From Blasia pusilla (Eukaryota): 64,000 bases of DNA. The notes beneath the pieces are model-generated. The model saw nothing but the letters and a program-made list of their open reading frames with translations. It was not told the origin of the DNA and made no database searches. Positions 50,500 through 64,000 of this stretch are shown piece after piece; within the stretch, counting starts at the first letter, position 1, and each line of letters opens with the position of its first letter. The position numbers were made by a program, and so were the translations under genes. The stretch is from positions 49,414,001 to 49,478,000 of the forward strand of contig CM114271.1 in assembly GCA_050084515.1 (NCBI GenBank). Direction: 5' to 3'.

Positions 50500-51500
50500 T
50501 TGGCGGATATGCCAGTTAGACAAGTGATGGATTGAGCAGTGGCGATAACATGTGTGGTATTGTTGGAAAACTAGAGCAAGGTGTTCCCTTGGTTGGTCTT
50601 ACAAGTAGGTTGTACTACCCATTGTGCGTCTTACTTGACGCACAAGTGCAATCCTTGATGTTAAGGAAGGTTATGTACTTGGTGTTAGGATTACGAAAAT
50701 TAATGGTGACATTAAGCTTTTTCCTTTTCAGATACAAACCTCTTTTAAGGGCATTTCACCCAAATAGTACAAGACTAGACAAGATCCAATTGTTAGACTC
50801 CAACTAGAGCATGCTTCAAATGGTGCGTAGTAATGTGATTACAACATCAACAAATTAGTCCAATGTTGTAAAAATGTTAACCTTCTCTCACGTAATTCTG
50901 TAACGTAAGCAATAATCTCATCAGGAAGTTATATGTGAAATGTAGGAATGAAGACGCTGGTTTGGAGCATCACACATTTCAATGTGTTGGTAGGGAGTAC
51001 GGTGTTTCACCCCCTTGGTTTCATCCTCAATTTTTGGGAGGAGACGATTGGTTATCTTCCAAGATAGCGATCATGTGATAGATGGATGAACCATATACCT
51101 ATATGGTTTGCGGGGCGCAGTGTTGGTCCACAAGGTGATGCCTTGATCACATTCCCAACATTCATATGAAGTGATTATTTGGAGAGGGAACGATTGGAGG
51201 GAAGCACGTATACGGAGGATGTCTCGATAGTGGATAATCTTAGGGAGAGACACCCCATGGTAGGTTTTTCTTCCCATGGTGCGAAGATCTCTTCACCATT
51301 GTGGAGTATGAGAATCAACTTGTAGGGGAGTTCAAATGAGCTCGTGAGGCAAGCATGGAGCTATGACTTTGTCTTGAAGCTTACATAGCCAAATGATGAT
51401 TGTGCTCTTGAAGTAGACACTTGATATCCTTATATACCACACCAGTTGTATGGCAACATCTAGAGGAGGGTGTGAGAGTGTAAGATCTTTTCACAGAGAT
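50500..51500 (-). mobile_element. Decayed Ty3/gypsy pol remnant
   Basis: SLQSFPLQ...CDQGITLWTNTAPRKPYRY resembles the LPP..DH.I.L.PG..P...PYRY region just upstream of gypsy RT. Otherwise degenerate. Confidence 0.4.
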
Positions 51501-52005
51501 CAATACGGTGGTCAGTTGTAGATGAGATGGATCCAAGGGAGACCCTTTGCATGCCCGCCCTTAGATTGCATGACATCATCAATTGTGCTAGATGTGTTTA
51601 GGATAGTAGATCATGACGGATAAATATGATGTCTGCTATGTAGCGTTAGGTGGAACAAACTACTAATTAGGGAGACGGTTGCTTAGTTTTGATGTACATG
51701 AGTGAGTGTATTTTTTTGGGGATCTATCCATGTCTTGGAAAGGTTGATGATATTATGTGTTGTGTAGATGTGATCTGAAATGTGGATGTGCACATCTTAA
51801 TTAACTAGCCAACATACAGAGTTCTACCATGTCAACGACATAGAAGGTGAACGGGCTATTTTTGCGTAACTTTGTTCCAAGTTATTGGATGAAGTTGGTA
51901 ATAGATCCATTATATCAAGACCATTATTTCTAACAAGTTCCCTCTTTTTCTATTTTCACGCAAGTGACCTATTGATTGAGTTGTCACATCTTATTTCGAC
52001 GTAGG

Positions 52006-52254
52006 TAGAGTTCTATTGCGTCGACGACGCAATAGAACTCTATGTTGACGACATAGTTACATAGTCACACCCAAACAACATGTTAGCGGGTTGTTTGGGT
52101 GTAACTTTGTCCCGAGATGTCGAATGAGGTTGGCAACAGGTCCGTTGGGTCGGAGACGTCGTTTATGGCGATTTTCCTATTTTGGTTTTAGTCTGTCAGG
52201 TGATCCGTTGATTGAGTCAATGATCATCCGGTAACCTGTGCACGCAGGTTACCG
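52006..52254. repeat. Cluster of three hairpins at the junctions of a ~230-bp tandem duplication
   Basis: 18-1-18 perfect palindrome at 52006-52042, hairpin at ~52063-52106, and CGGTAACCTG-tgcacg-CAGGTTACCG at 52229-52254. 51865-51990 resembles 52100-52228. Confidence 0.8.
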
Positions 52255-55200
52255 TTGGTAGGGCTATTTTTAGGGGAAGAGATTTTGGCTCTTCCCAAGG
52301 GTATAAGAGTGAGAGAGATGACTTTCTCAAGCCATATTTCTCATATTGAGCCTTAGGAGTGGCTCTCTTGCATAGACATGTGTGGGTGTGTAGGAGTTAG
52401 GGTGCTAGCGTCCGCATTCCCTCATAGCAGGGGGTGGATGTGATTCAATATGCCGATGTAGATTCACGAGTGGAGTTTTAGGCCGGGTGAGCCCTTTTTA
52501 CTACTCATGATTTTACATGAGAAAGATGCGAGGGGGCAAGTGAGAATTTGTTGTTTGCAGGTAGGCAAGTGAGTTGCCTCATTCGGGAGCTCCTATAGAT
52601 GTGGAATGATCTTTGTTTGTCATTTTTTTATATTCGGAAGGTCGTGCGCGGAAGCTCTATCCATTTTGCTCACATCTAGCTAGTGCAGGTTGACAAGGGA
52701 CATCAGTAGAGTGTAGCGTGACGTGTGATGGTCGCAAGTGAGTAGCGGGAGTGTTGGGAAAGAGGGAAAGGAGTTGTTAGGTCTTGCAGCCGCCACGTTA
52801 AGGGGTTGTTAAGTAAGGCAACTAGGGCACAGTCGCTACATTTTAGAGCCGTGTAGGTTAGATCAATACACTTATGTTAGATTGGGGGCCGCAAACGTAG
52901 TGTCACCAAAGTTTGGAAAGAGACGGGAGCAAAGGCATGTCACGGGGGGTGTAAACGCATGAGGGGTCGGAGCGGGTCTGGGAAGATATGAGGGGCTGAG
53001 GGCATAAGGGCGCGTGACCAAATGACATGGGAATAAGTCAAGTGGGGCCCGTGGAGAGTAAAGAGGGGTACGTGAAAGGAGCCGTGGGTCAAAGAGAATC
53101 GACATGAAAGGAGTTTTGGGGGGATTCAAGGAAGGAAATCAAGGTAGGAAGTAAAGCCTCGGAGGAAGGAAGGGATGACCAAGAGTCCAAGAAAGTGTGG
53201 AGTTGGGAGGAACCTTCCTAGGGCGCCCTGCCAAGTGGGACTGTGGGAGTAAGGTTGCACTACCGCTGCATCACGTTAGATTGAGGAGTGGAGTTTTAGG
53301 CTGGGTATGCCATTCTTACTACTCTTTATTTTTACAGGTTGTGGGGTCCCTTTATATATGCATGAGTATATTTTGTTTATATGTGGATCTTCCCTTATGT
53401 TGAGGAAGATCGGTATTGTGTGGTGTGACCAGGGATGTGGATTGTGTAGCGATGTGTATGCGCACAAAAGAGTCAAAGGTCATCATGTAATTTGTGTTAC
53501 CTTTTGGAGGTCTATTTTTGGAAGGCTATCACAATCCATCTTTCTCATGTTGAGCCTTTAGAGTACTTCTTTTGCTAGATCTTGATAAGAGCTTTTGTGT
53601 TAGAGTTTCAATTCTCTCGTGGTGGAGGGTCGATGTGGCTTGATATTAAACATAGATCTGAGAGTGGAGTTGGCGGTGTGAGCCATTTTTACTTTGATTT
53701 TAATGCACAATCTTGGTGTACATCTGTGAGTGTATTTTTCTTATGTATGGATCTACCCATGTAATGAGAAGATTGATGATGTAGGTTGTGTAGATGTGAT
53801 GAGAAATATGTATGCACATGACAACTACCTCCATGTTGACAAATCCCGTGTGGTAAAAAATCTGGTGGGAAAAAGGTTGTTTTCTCCACTATGAGTAAAG
53901 CTTGCCTCCTAACTTGATAATATCCTTGAAAGCATCTATGTTTATTAACTCCTTACATGAATTCTCCATCATCCACTTGGCAAGCAAGATAGCGTCAATG
54001 CCACAAGATGCTTGGAATGTTGATCAAGATGTTTGATCAAACTTTCACAATGCGCGTTTTTTAAAATTTTGATCATTGAGTTGATGCTATTCATGGATCT
54101 CGTCAATTTTCCACAATCATATATTGTAGTACTTTGTCAACACCTTTAAATTCCCCTTGATAGCAAGAAAAAGATGGCCACCCCTTGATACACGACTGGG
54201 GAACCAATCCTCCTTTTACAAATGAAATCAGGAATAGGGTTCCATAAAGGAAGCTGCTTTCTTTCATAATCATAAGGTAAGAAATAAGTAAGCCAACCTT
54301 ACGATCTTTCTACGCTAAACCAAGATAAAAAAAAATTGGGAGATGTGTAACACTACAAGGACCATTAAGAAAGATAGAAGGTACTCTTACATCCAAAAGG
54401 ATTTTATTTGAAGGATGAAAAAATTTCTTGAACACCAAATGAATTAAAATATAGTAAAATCTTTGATATACTTAAAGCCGGATCCCTAGGCTTTACTTGC
54501 ACAAGAGCAAAAAAAAAATGCCAATAAATTTTGGTATGGTCTTAGTGAGGTGAGTGAGTAATCACTAACCATATCCAACTTGAAATTTTCATTGCTGAAA
54601 TATGGAATAGAGGTGTGGAGAAATTGGAAAATCTAGGTACAAAATGTAGCAAATGCTTGAGTGTTACCTTTGATCATTACACTTGAAGAGCTCTTGTTCA
54701 ACACTTGGCTCACCAGATCAGTACTGTGGACTTTCTCAGTTCCTGTGGAATTTCAGATTTACATTGTAGATCATTGTATAATTATGGTACACCTACATTA
54801 AAAATTTCCAGACAACTTGCAATCTCTGAATTTAAGTGATTAAACCTACAAGAAGATATGTCAAATATTTTCACTTATCAAAGTATTCCTATCTTCAAAG
54901 CCAACATTCATGTGAGGCTTTGTCCTCCTTTTCTTAGGGGACTATTTAGCCTCAACAAGGTTCTTAGCATTGTCTATAAGCTCATGCAATTCTTGATGAC
55001 GCCCCATGCAAGCCATATATAGAATCAATTAGATCATGATGTGGAAATGAGAAAAACTCATCAGAATTTCAAGTGTTTCAAAGGTGTACAATAAGGACAC
55101 CCAAAAATATGAACACCGTATTTATAACAACACCTTAATCTGAGAATCCATTCATCATGCATTTTAATGTCATTCCCATACTTGTCCATATTATATTAAC

Positions 55201-57049
55201 ATCACATCTGTTTTAAGTTCATAATCATAGTTTCCAATTTATGAGTGTGCCTGGACTATTACTGTTTTGAGTTAATCTAAATAATTACTCTAGGGAAAAT
55301 TTAGGAGGAAAAAGTCCACAAAATCACTCTCCCTTGAAGGTGAAACCACTAGGCTCATCAAGTAATGCAAGGGCCCTATCTTGTGGTGGCCATGAACAAT
55401 CACCACTACAACACGGGCAGAATGTGTGATCATGCAAAATGTTGCCATCACACAATGTGCGCTCGGTTAGGCATACTATGCCAGGCCTTGTGTCAATGCT
55501 AGTATTACACAAGGAACTCAATTGAGGACAACAATTCTCTATGGAGAAAAACAGATTACCCTCAATGCATATTTTGCGAATAGCTCCGATCATGGACAAC
55601 TCTCTTGAGTTGCACAGTCGAGGCTCTGAATGGAAGCGCTCGTCGCCAGAAGAGTGAATCTGAAAGCCTACATCATGGCAAATGTGGAGTAACACAGTGT
55701 CAACAACACCCAACCTAATGTAACATGTGAGAGACTCTAGCCTCCCATCATACTCACCCCACATCAACCATCTCAAAGAAAAGTAACACGTACGACGGCT
55801 GCTAACTTCAAAGACACAAAATACTCATGTGTCATGATCGTGCACAATAGCCCTGTCGTAGAGGATGTCCTCCACGATGTCTGAAGGAAGTGTTGCCATG
55901 TGGTGCATGGTAGTCACGTGACCTTGCTAAATAACAAGAGAAGATCACTAAACGGTAAAGAACTTCAATGTTGACAATACTTCCACAATTCAGACAGGGC
56001 TAAAAAAATCTCCCCATACGTGCACTATACCAATCTCTCCATACCATAGACGTACCAATCTCTCCATACGTGCACTGTCCCTCTATCTTTTCTCTGTCCA
56101 CTCCTCTTCCCTGACTTCTCATACAACATCTCCACTTGTTAAATCCTGCACAAATGTAAAACATCATGGCTTTGAAAAATGAGAGTGTCTCCCTTCTCAA
56201 GCCGTGTCTAAGTAGGGCACCAGGTCAAAGGAAAAAAGGAAGAGGATGGGAGTGAAGACTCAAGGAAATACCAAATCAAAACACTGATGAGCCGTGGGCA
56301 GTAGTGCATTAGGTTGAAGGAGCGAAGCGAGAAGGAAGGGAAGAGTAAGAGACAAGAGCCCAATTCTCAATTTGTGACAGAAAATTTTAAATCAACAAAG
56401 GGCCAAGAACGGAGAGGATTTTGTGATGCACGACAAAGTTAGTTGAGTGAGAAATGATTTAAAGTGCTCAACAGAGAAATCTCTCACGCAATGTACTTTC
56501 TTTGACTCTGGCCAAAAAGTGTTTGTTGTGTTTACAAGTGCGCGTGCTCTTTTTCGTCTCTTAGATCGTTGAGACTGTCTCTCCCGCATCTATGTCTTCC
56601 ACGCCTTGTGATCGTTTCCCTCTCGTGTCCGTGCATCAAAATCCTAACAAAAAGTTTTCAAACTACAATACAAATTCCCCCCTGCGCATCAGCATATGGC
56701 AGTGATAAGCTAGAGAGTGTCGGTCAATGAATGCAGAAAGGGAGAGCAAGGTTCGATTCCCGCACCCTAGAAGCCTTTTGCCCTTCGGGAGGCCAAGCTG
56801 CTCGTGCCCAAGCTGCTCTTGCAATTGGATGTTTATTTTGAGATATTTGGGATCTATCTTATACAACATCACTATTAAATTTTTATAATAATTTATAATT
56901 ATTGAGTTTTATTCTCCATGCCAAGAAAAATTATGTTTATAATTTTCTCTTTTATATGAAAATGCAAAATTTAAATCAATATTTATATTTTAATCTTCTC
57001 CAAATTAGTTGTATTATATAATTATATGTAAAAAATGATTTAAATGATT

Positions 57050-57307
57050 GAGTGAGTCATGGAATATAACTTGCAAATGACCAAGTCATTTGTGTTATTA
57101 TTCGAGTCATTGATTTATGACTATTTTGGTTTTTTATGTCATATTAAATTATTGGACCAATTGAGTTATACTTTCAATCATTGATTTATGACTATTTCGG
57201 TTTTCTAGGTCATATTAAATGACTAGACCAATAGAGTCATACTTTCAGTCATTTTGTGCATTAGTCATTCATAATAGAGTCATAAAAACCATAGTTTTCT
57301 TCTAGTG
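57050..57307 (+). mobile_element. CACTA 3' terminus with ATGAC/GAGTCAT subterminal repeats
   Basis: Dense GAGTCAT/ATGACT repeats ending TTTTCTTCTAGTG at 57307, nearly the same terminus as at 4491. Confidence 0.7.
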
Positions 57308-58859
57308 CATGAATGTCCATGTTGTGTGGTTCCATGTAGAGACGTATAGTATGGTCAAGTGTTGGTTGAGAGGGAATTTTGAGTGGAGAATATTAGGACT
57401 CTAGAGTTGAGGGTCTACTCGGGTCACTTAGATATATACATTCCTACTTATGATAATGTTGGAGTTAGGACTTGCATGGTTTTGCAACATGTAAAAAACC
57501 TTATATAAGATACTAAAATCACCACCTCCTAAGAAACAAGGAAAAACAACCCAATTAATAAGTATACATTATTTTTTTGTTATATTTATTTATTTTTTGC
57601 TTTCCATTTACCACATGATTTTGGTCTATTTCCTTTTTTCCTAATATGAGTTTAAATCCTTATCAATATCAGATCTTGAAAGTGATGTAAAACACGTTAT
57701 GTAAGTAGATAATTATAAGACGCCCAATCAAACCTACTCCAAGAGGGATTCATCATGATATATGTGAATTCTACTTGTAAGAGTTTCTTCATATATGCCT
57801 CCAACTTATGAAATCACTCTTGATTTGGTTTTTGATAGCTCCTTTGATAGGCCTCGTTGGTGGAGCTCAAATCTATACCCTAGTCCTCTTCCCACTTCTT
57901 CATAACTTTCACAAGATGTTTCCAAAGATGACGGAGCTTGTAGTTTTCCATGTAGGAATATGTTGCATCCTAGCCAAAAATATATGCACCGTCCCCCTCA
58001 TGTCTATGCAAGGTACTCCCACTTACATAATCAAAATTTGTATCTATACATGAGGGTGAATGTTGTGTTAACACAATATGGAATGACAAAGAGCAAGAAC
58101 TCTCATAGTCAACGCCTAGTGTTTTGAAAATTGTTACTAAAACCTTTTTAATCTTGAATAAAAAAGGATAGTCACGCATACTTATGATGAACACCTTTCC
58201 CTTGTTGTTGTGTTATAACACTTCTCTCCAAGTGTTTTCAAATATCTTTGCTAGTAGATTAATGTACATGCAAAATTTCCAAGGGAGAAGGCACCCATTT
58301 TTAGGAAACAACTCTAGGATATTGTGGAGATAGGACTCTTGGAGTTGAGTAAGGTATTCGAGAAGGACGTTATCTTTTTTGACCTTGTGGGGAATGAAAC
58401 CCAACATAAGGATCCAACAATCATCCAATTTCTTGCCAAGTGGAGTCCGGCAAGTTGTGATGATAGCCTTTAAATAGTTTTAATGAACTATTTTGACTTG
58501 CTTCAAGAATGCTTGAAGGGTCATTATTTTGAAATAAATGACATAAATCTTTTTGAGGAATTTTTGTGGTGTGTGGCTTTAAAAGCTTGATCAAATTAGT
58601 ATGTCCTCGATTGAAATTATATGCACATATTAGTGAGTGCATGTTTCTATTTATGGAATATACTACTTTCCTTTTCCTCTTCCTCTTTCAAGTTGACATA
58701 TTTTTGTAGCTATGAGACTTTAGAATCTTCTATGAAAACAAGATTGTGGATGAGAGCATCAATCACTTGAAATAAGCTAATATTTCTGGAAAGGTAAATA
58801 CCTTTACACATTTGTAACTTGAATTCTAAACATTACAAATCTGGTGTTTGTTGTGGGGA

Positions 58860-59420
58860 TGGGGAAAGAGATAAACTTAAGTTCCGAATAACTCTATGTT
58901 TTGTGTCGTTGGTGGTAGCTGTCTTCACATGGAGTTATTTTGAACTTAATTAAGTTGACATTGTATTCCAACCACCACCACTTTCTATTGGTGGTGATAG
59001 TGACTGTGGATATATAGAGGGATGTGAACTTAAGTTCCAAATAACTCCATGTTTGTTGCCCCTTGATGGTGGTTGTGGTAACGTGGAGCTATTTGGAACT
59101 TTACTTCACGTGTATTTCGAGCTACCACCTTGTACCATTGATGGTGGCGGATGTGAGGATAGGGAGGGATGTAAGATTAAGTTCCAAATAATTCTATAGG
59201 TGTTGGCCTAGATGGCTTTTGTACATGTGGGGATGTAGAGCTATTTGGAATTTAAGTTCACTCTTACTTCCAACCACCACCACCTATCGATGGTGATGGT
59301 AGTTGTGGAGATAGAGTGGAAAGTGAAGTTAAGTCGTTCCATTTAACTTGTTGTCTCTTTCCTTTGGTGGTGGATATGGAGATGTAGAGGGAAGCAAACT
59401 TAAATTCCAAATAACCAAAC
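58860..59420. repeat. Foldback-type tandem array (GAACTTAAGTTCCAAATAACTCCATG in alternating orientations)
   Basis: Forward copies near 58873, 59027, 59173 and 59397; inverted copies near 58930, 59085 and 59238. Unit ~150 bp. Confidence 0.7.
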
Positions 59421-60358
59421 ATTTACTGTCATATTTGGAATTTTTTGGAGGATAGATGAAATCCTTGAAACCATTTATCATTATCAATTTTTTTTGTTGA
59501 TTTTCCCAAAATATCTCAAATAGGGAGCAGTATGTGCTAAGCATCTTGAAAGAAAGTAGATATTAGACTTCTCATCCTCCCTAGCATTAGACCCCCAATC
59601 GATTTTCACTCAACCCATTTTGAGTATGGATTTTGGATAACCATGAAGAACGCCAAGGCCATTGAAATGCTCATACTGACCTTATAAACAGTAGTGACAA
59701 AGCTAAATTTGTGACTATAACAATATCCCAAGATGCATATCTCAACTCTATTTTCTTTATAGTCAATGTTTTCATTATTCTATTTGCACTTGCTGAAGAT
59801 CTAGGAATGTTGAAGAACATGTCAAGAATGGGAGCAAACTATATGTATGACACCAACTACCAATTCAATAAACTTCCGTGTTTATGAGTGGTCAAAGTGA
59901 GAATTTTTGCAGGCGATAATAGTGTTCCATGCATTAATCTTTTTGAAGTTTAATGTTCTATAGGTGGAGCAATAGTGGACATACAAGCTTCACCAAAGAT
60001 CAAGAAGAAGAAGATGAAGGCAACCATCAAGATGGTTGCAAGTGTGGGTAGTGAGTCAGAATGTGACCCGAAAGTGCTAAATAGCAAGAAGCAAAGGGTA
60101 AAATACTCAAGCTTTCACTTTTTTCCTTGAAATTTCAGATGTGTTTTTGTAGATTTGTAACAACAATGGATGAGTTCTTGTGTTTTTATTCTTATTTGTG
60201 ATACCCAACTAGGTGGGGCTTGTCAATTTTTCAAGGACTTTACCAATAGATGGATGGACCTTCACCAAGGTAATGATTGAGAGTATACTAATTTATCAAA
60301 TGTGATGATGTTGTTATATTCACCATTAACTTTCTGTTTTGATATGGTATGAATGTAG

Positions 60359-60634
60359 CTCCGTTTGGGAGATGAAATACACCTCACACAGCTAAAACTC
60401 AGCCGGAATATTTCGGGTCATGGAGTAGTTTCGGGCTTGAGTGGGCGAGATAAGTTCCATGGGAAGGATATAGGTCTTGGATTAGTTCGAGTGGAACTTA
60501 AGGATACTTCTCAACCGGATTACCAACTATGGGAGCCGAATACAATGGACGAACCTACTCTACTCACACTTGGAGATGCAGTTGGAACTTCAATCGTCTG
60601 GTCGGAGTTGAATCTTAAGAAGCTAGTTCATTAG
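60359..60634 (+). pseudogene. CACTA Tnp1/En/Spm-like domain exon
   Basis: GDEIHL...GHGVVSGLSGRDKFHGKDIGLGLVRVEL...LWEPNTMDEPTLLTLGDAVGTSIVW, preceded by TGTAG. ATGACTC subterminal-type repeats follow at 61380-61600. Confidence 0.7.
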
Positions 60635-61870
60635 GATCTTTGGATTTGGTGGTTTTCATAAATGTTTAAACTTTCACAATGATTCCATTAGATCATTTGT
60701 TTTTAGTTTGGTTTCCATATGCTCTTCATTCCTTCTTGCAGCTTGCTGAGATGGAAATACTTTGATTCTTCCATACAATGAATCATGTATTTTTGGGTTT
60801 CATCAATTAGAGAATGGTTTGATTGTGATGTATCTGGAGTTTTCAGCATTCATTGTAATTGGCATGTACCCTATGATTACTTGCTTGATATATGTCCCTC
60901 TTCTAGACCTTCAGATTCAATTCTTTTCTATCCTCACCATTGTCTATGCTACTCAGGCTCACACATTACTCCTTGCTGGATCTGAGAGAGTCTCTACTTA
61001 TGTTAAGAGGGTTATGTTACTTAGATGACCACCACTTACTTACCAAAGTAACTCCTTTGATTTAACAAACTCCGAGAGGAACAATGGCAATCTGTGAACA
61101 ATACATGATCTAGTAATAAACCACAGCTTATAGTGTTGTGTGAATGACTAATACAATATGCCAAATAGCTCAGACGACCAAATATCATTTAGTGGTTAAA
61201 ATATGAGTAATGCACTCATGATTTAGGTTGTTATCTTAGGGACGTCATCATTCATCGCTCAACTACTCTAGGCTGTAGCTAGGAGAAGGTCTTAAGAATC
61301 TTTTTCAGGGTCAGTGAATGAATGACTTGTAATGTGTTTTTCAGCCTTTTGACCATTTGGGTCGCACGGGCTTGATCTATTTATCATTTACCATAATAAC
61401 TCATAGAGTCAATGTAATGACTCAAATGGTTAGGAAATATGACTTGTATAGTCATGTAAAGCATGAGATAAATGACTCAAACCATCCCAATGATTCAAAC
61501 GGTCAAAAAATATGACTCGTACAATCATGAATGACATGAGATAAATGACTCAAACCATCAATAAAATGTCTCACGATTACACCACACATAGGGTGACTAA
61601 ATAGTCAAGGGATGTTAAAACGGGAAACTGGGGAACTAATGCTTTCCCAACCAGCCAAACTGTCGTTTAGTGAGTTATTGGTGAACAAGTTTCCCATAGG
61701 GTGATCTTTGACACCCCTATCATTTCCGGTAATGCCAGTCCGTGAAAATTTCCGTTCCATTTTCGTATGAAGTGTCTCTTTCTACAAAGGAGACAATAAA
61801 GTGATTAATGATCAAATAGCACTTCCGCTCCATACGAATTAGGCTAACTATAAGTTGCAGGTGACTGAGG

Positions 61871-64000
61871 AACAAAGATGCACTTCGATAAAAATGAGTG
61901 ATGGAAAACCCATCGGAAGTACAAGAGGGGACTCAAAGAGTCAAAACCAAGGCCACAACACGACGGAAAAGGAAGAAGGGGCATTCCCCCTAAACTAAAC
62001 TCACCAACAAAGCAGAGACAATATCAAGCAACAACAAGAGAGCTATGACTACTACTAAGTGGGCCTCTAGCGCTGGCGTCTCCCACATTGAGCCCGCCGC
62101 AAAAATCCCATTAGTCACCTCTTGCAACGCTTATGGAGACCAGCCGCCACTAATCGCAGAGCTAAGGACAACCCATTTTCGAGTGGAGATGATTGATACA
62201 TCTCTATGGCCAGGGGATGAAGATGTGTCCTCGTGTAGTCATCAGAGATGCTCCTTGTAGCATTCGCCCTTGGGCCACCACTTGGGCTCGTGACCTTGCC
62301 CCGCGTAGGATCTGTGACTATTCCGCCACAACCACCTGGCCCACGTGTCATGTAGAGACGGCACGAATGAGGGAATCCGCATGGAGTAGTGCCTCTCTCT
62401 GCACATGGAAGCCACTCCGGTTGAACATGTTTGCATCGTGAGTGGCTATCCTCTCACCCCAACCGGGCCGGCGTGCCAAATGCACACCAAGTGGATCAGC
62501 TCCGCGACACTTTGGTGTGTAACAACCAACTCGATGGTTGGGGAGGCCCAAGCGGAACCGCAATTGGGTATAGGTAAGTGGTGCGATACGGAAAGCTGGA
62601 GAAGGGGGCGCCCCTACCCATGAGCCCCCTTCTTCCGAGAACGGGCCCTAACCTCCATGGGGATATGACATAGTCTGCCTCAAAGTGGGCTTCCATCAAG
62701 GAAGATTGGAGCCCAGATCGACCGGGAGGTAACTAAGGAGGAGAAAGTGGGGAGAACGGCTCGGCCTCAACTTGAAGGGAATCTCTGTTGTGAGTAAAAG
62801 TGGGAAAGAGCCATCCTCGACCCGGGAGACGAGTGTAGAAGGAGCGGTCTATCTCTAACCAAAAATCGGGAGCAAAGGAGGGTGCCACTATGGCCCAACT
62901 CCCTAAAAAAGCGAGGGCGCCACTAACCTGGTCGAGAGAAGACCTACTCCATTTAAAAGAAATCGGCCAGAGGCCTGTCTACGAGCTAACTCCCCCCATG
63001 GGGCACTCTAAGGAGCCGGGTCCTAGAAGATCCCCAAACACACTGCATGAGCTTCCTATCAAAGGATCTATATAGGGAAGAAAGGTGACTAGATGTCCAA
63101 ACAGTTCTAGTGAGGTAACCAGGTCAGGCGACTTGAGGGTCACCAATCCTTAAGATCATCAACGTGGAGAAGATCTCGGTAAGAGCCGCCAAAGTCGATA
63201 CAAAGTCCTGGCTCCGGCGGTACTCCCAAGACTCAACAGTCGCAAGAAGCCTCGGGTAAATGTAGATCATCACGTAGGCCTAATGGAGACCAAGCCTTGC
63301 ACTTCCCCCACCTTAGGCCGACAATCTGAAAAGTTCGAATGAGGGGACAACCAGATCTCGGGACCAACAATGTGAGTATCATGAATGAAGGGAACATGCA
63401 ACCCGGGAAAGCCTCCCGTCAGAACTTGTAATGTGAGAAAGAACTTGTAATGAGCCACAAAGAAACAACGCGCCACCCAGTAGGGTCACCCCGACGAGTT
63501 TGAGTGAGACTCCAAGACCGTGACCTCCTCCTCGATCGACCATTAAAAGCCTGCACAAAGGGAATGAGGGCTCGCCATGGGGCCACCGCGTCCCTCAACA
63601 ACTGTGAATATAGTAGCCCGAGATTGAGTTGAAGGCGTTCTCCACGCCCACTTTGGATGTACATCTAGACAAGCCCTCAAACCTAAGGCAACTCAACTGG
63701 TGCGGAGTCGAAAGCCTCACGGAATTGCAAAGCGAGAGTACGACTCACCAACCGCAAGAGCACTCACCAAATCGGACGGATACCACCACCCCCTTTGACA
63801 ACGCCAAAAGTCGCCCGCCCCTAATACTTGGGCCATCTTTGTTGGCACTCTCCTGAGCTAGGTGAGAGGCAACCTGAAGCAACTTCGAGAAGATCGGAAG
63901 AAAAAGGTGTTCGTACATCATACCTGACAAACCTCCGGCCGCATCGGAGAACGCCCGAGTGCCCGTGCAAAGAGGGATCAAGGAGCATATTCGGATGGAA
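61871..64000 (-). mobile_element. CRE-clade non-LTR retrotransposon copy riddled with short deletions, continuing beyond the window
   Basis: Collinear with 21025-23460 (LLQVASHLAQ, LIPFVQAF, TRRGDP, DPLGVHLAR, GERIATHDA, PLAIEMY). It extends further 5' (GGLSGMMYEHL). Confidence 0.88.

Noticed and set aside
54351-54360. CACTACAAGG as 5' end pairing with the TAGTG at 57307
   Set aside because: The TIR sequences do not match beyond CACTA and the flanking 3-mers (TAA versus CAT) are not a TSD.

Overview
Eukaryotic, plant-like, AT-rich heterochromatic window made almost entirely of nested and decayed transposable elements. I found no intact host gene, rRNA or tRNA. It holds CACTA/EnSpm remnants (1-4.5 kb, ~57 kb, ~60-61.6 kb), a PIF1-type helicase pseudogene, three CRE-clade (RLE-type) non-LTR retrotransposon copies on the minus strand, and gypsy-like debris. 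The centrepiece is a ~12.7-kb GC/CpG-rich Mutator-like element (34459-47126) with a target-site duplication and GA-rich imperfect TIRs. It encodes a GCM-DDE-SWIM transposase on the minus strand. Divergently, it encodes a spliced protein fusing a ParB/Srx-like domain to a beta-class N4-C/N6-A DNA methyltransferase-like domain. The element's non-coding parts (shared promoter, the introns within both coding regions, 3' region) carry roughly 35-40 copies of a 27-bp palindrome (GCAACCCGTCGGA-S-TCCGACGGGTTGC), mostly spaced 63-67 bp apart. This suggests a self-targeting protein/DNA-site system. Both genes are frameshifted in this copy. All family assignments come from motifs recognised by eye and need HMM confirmation.
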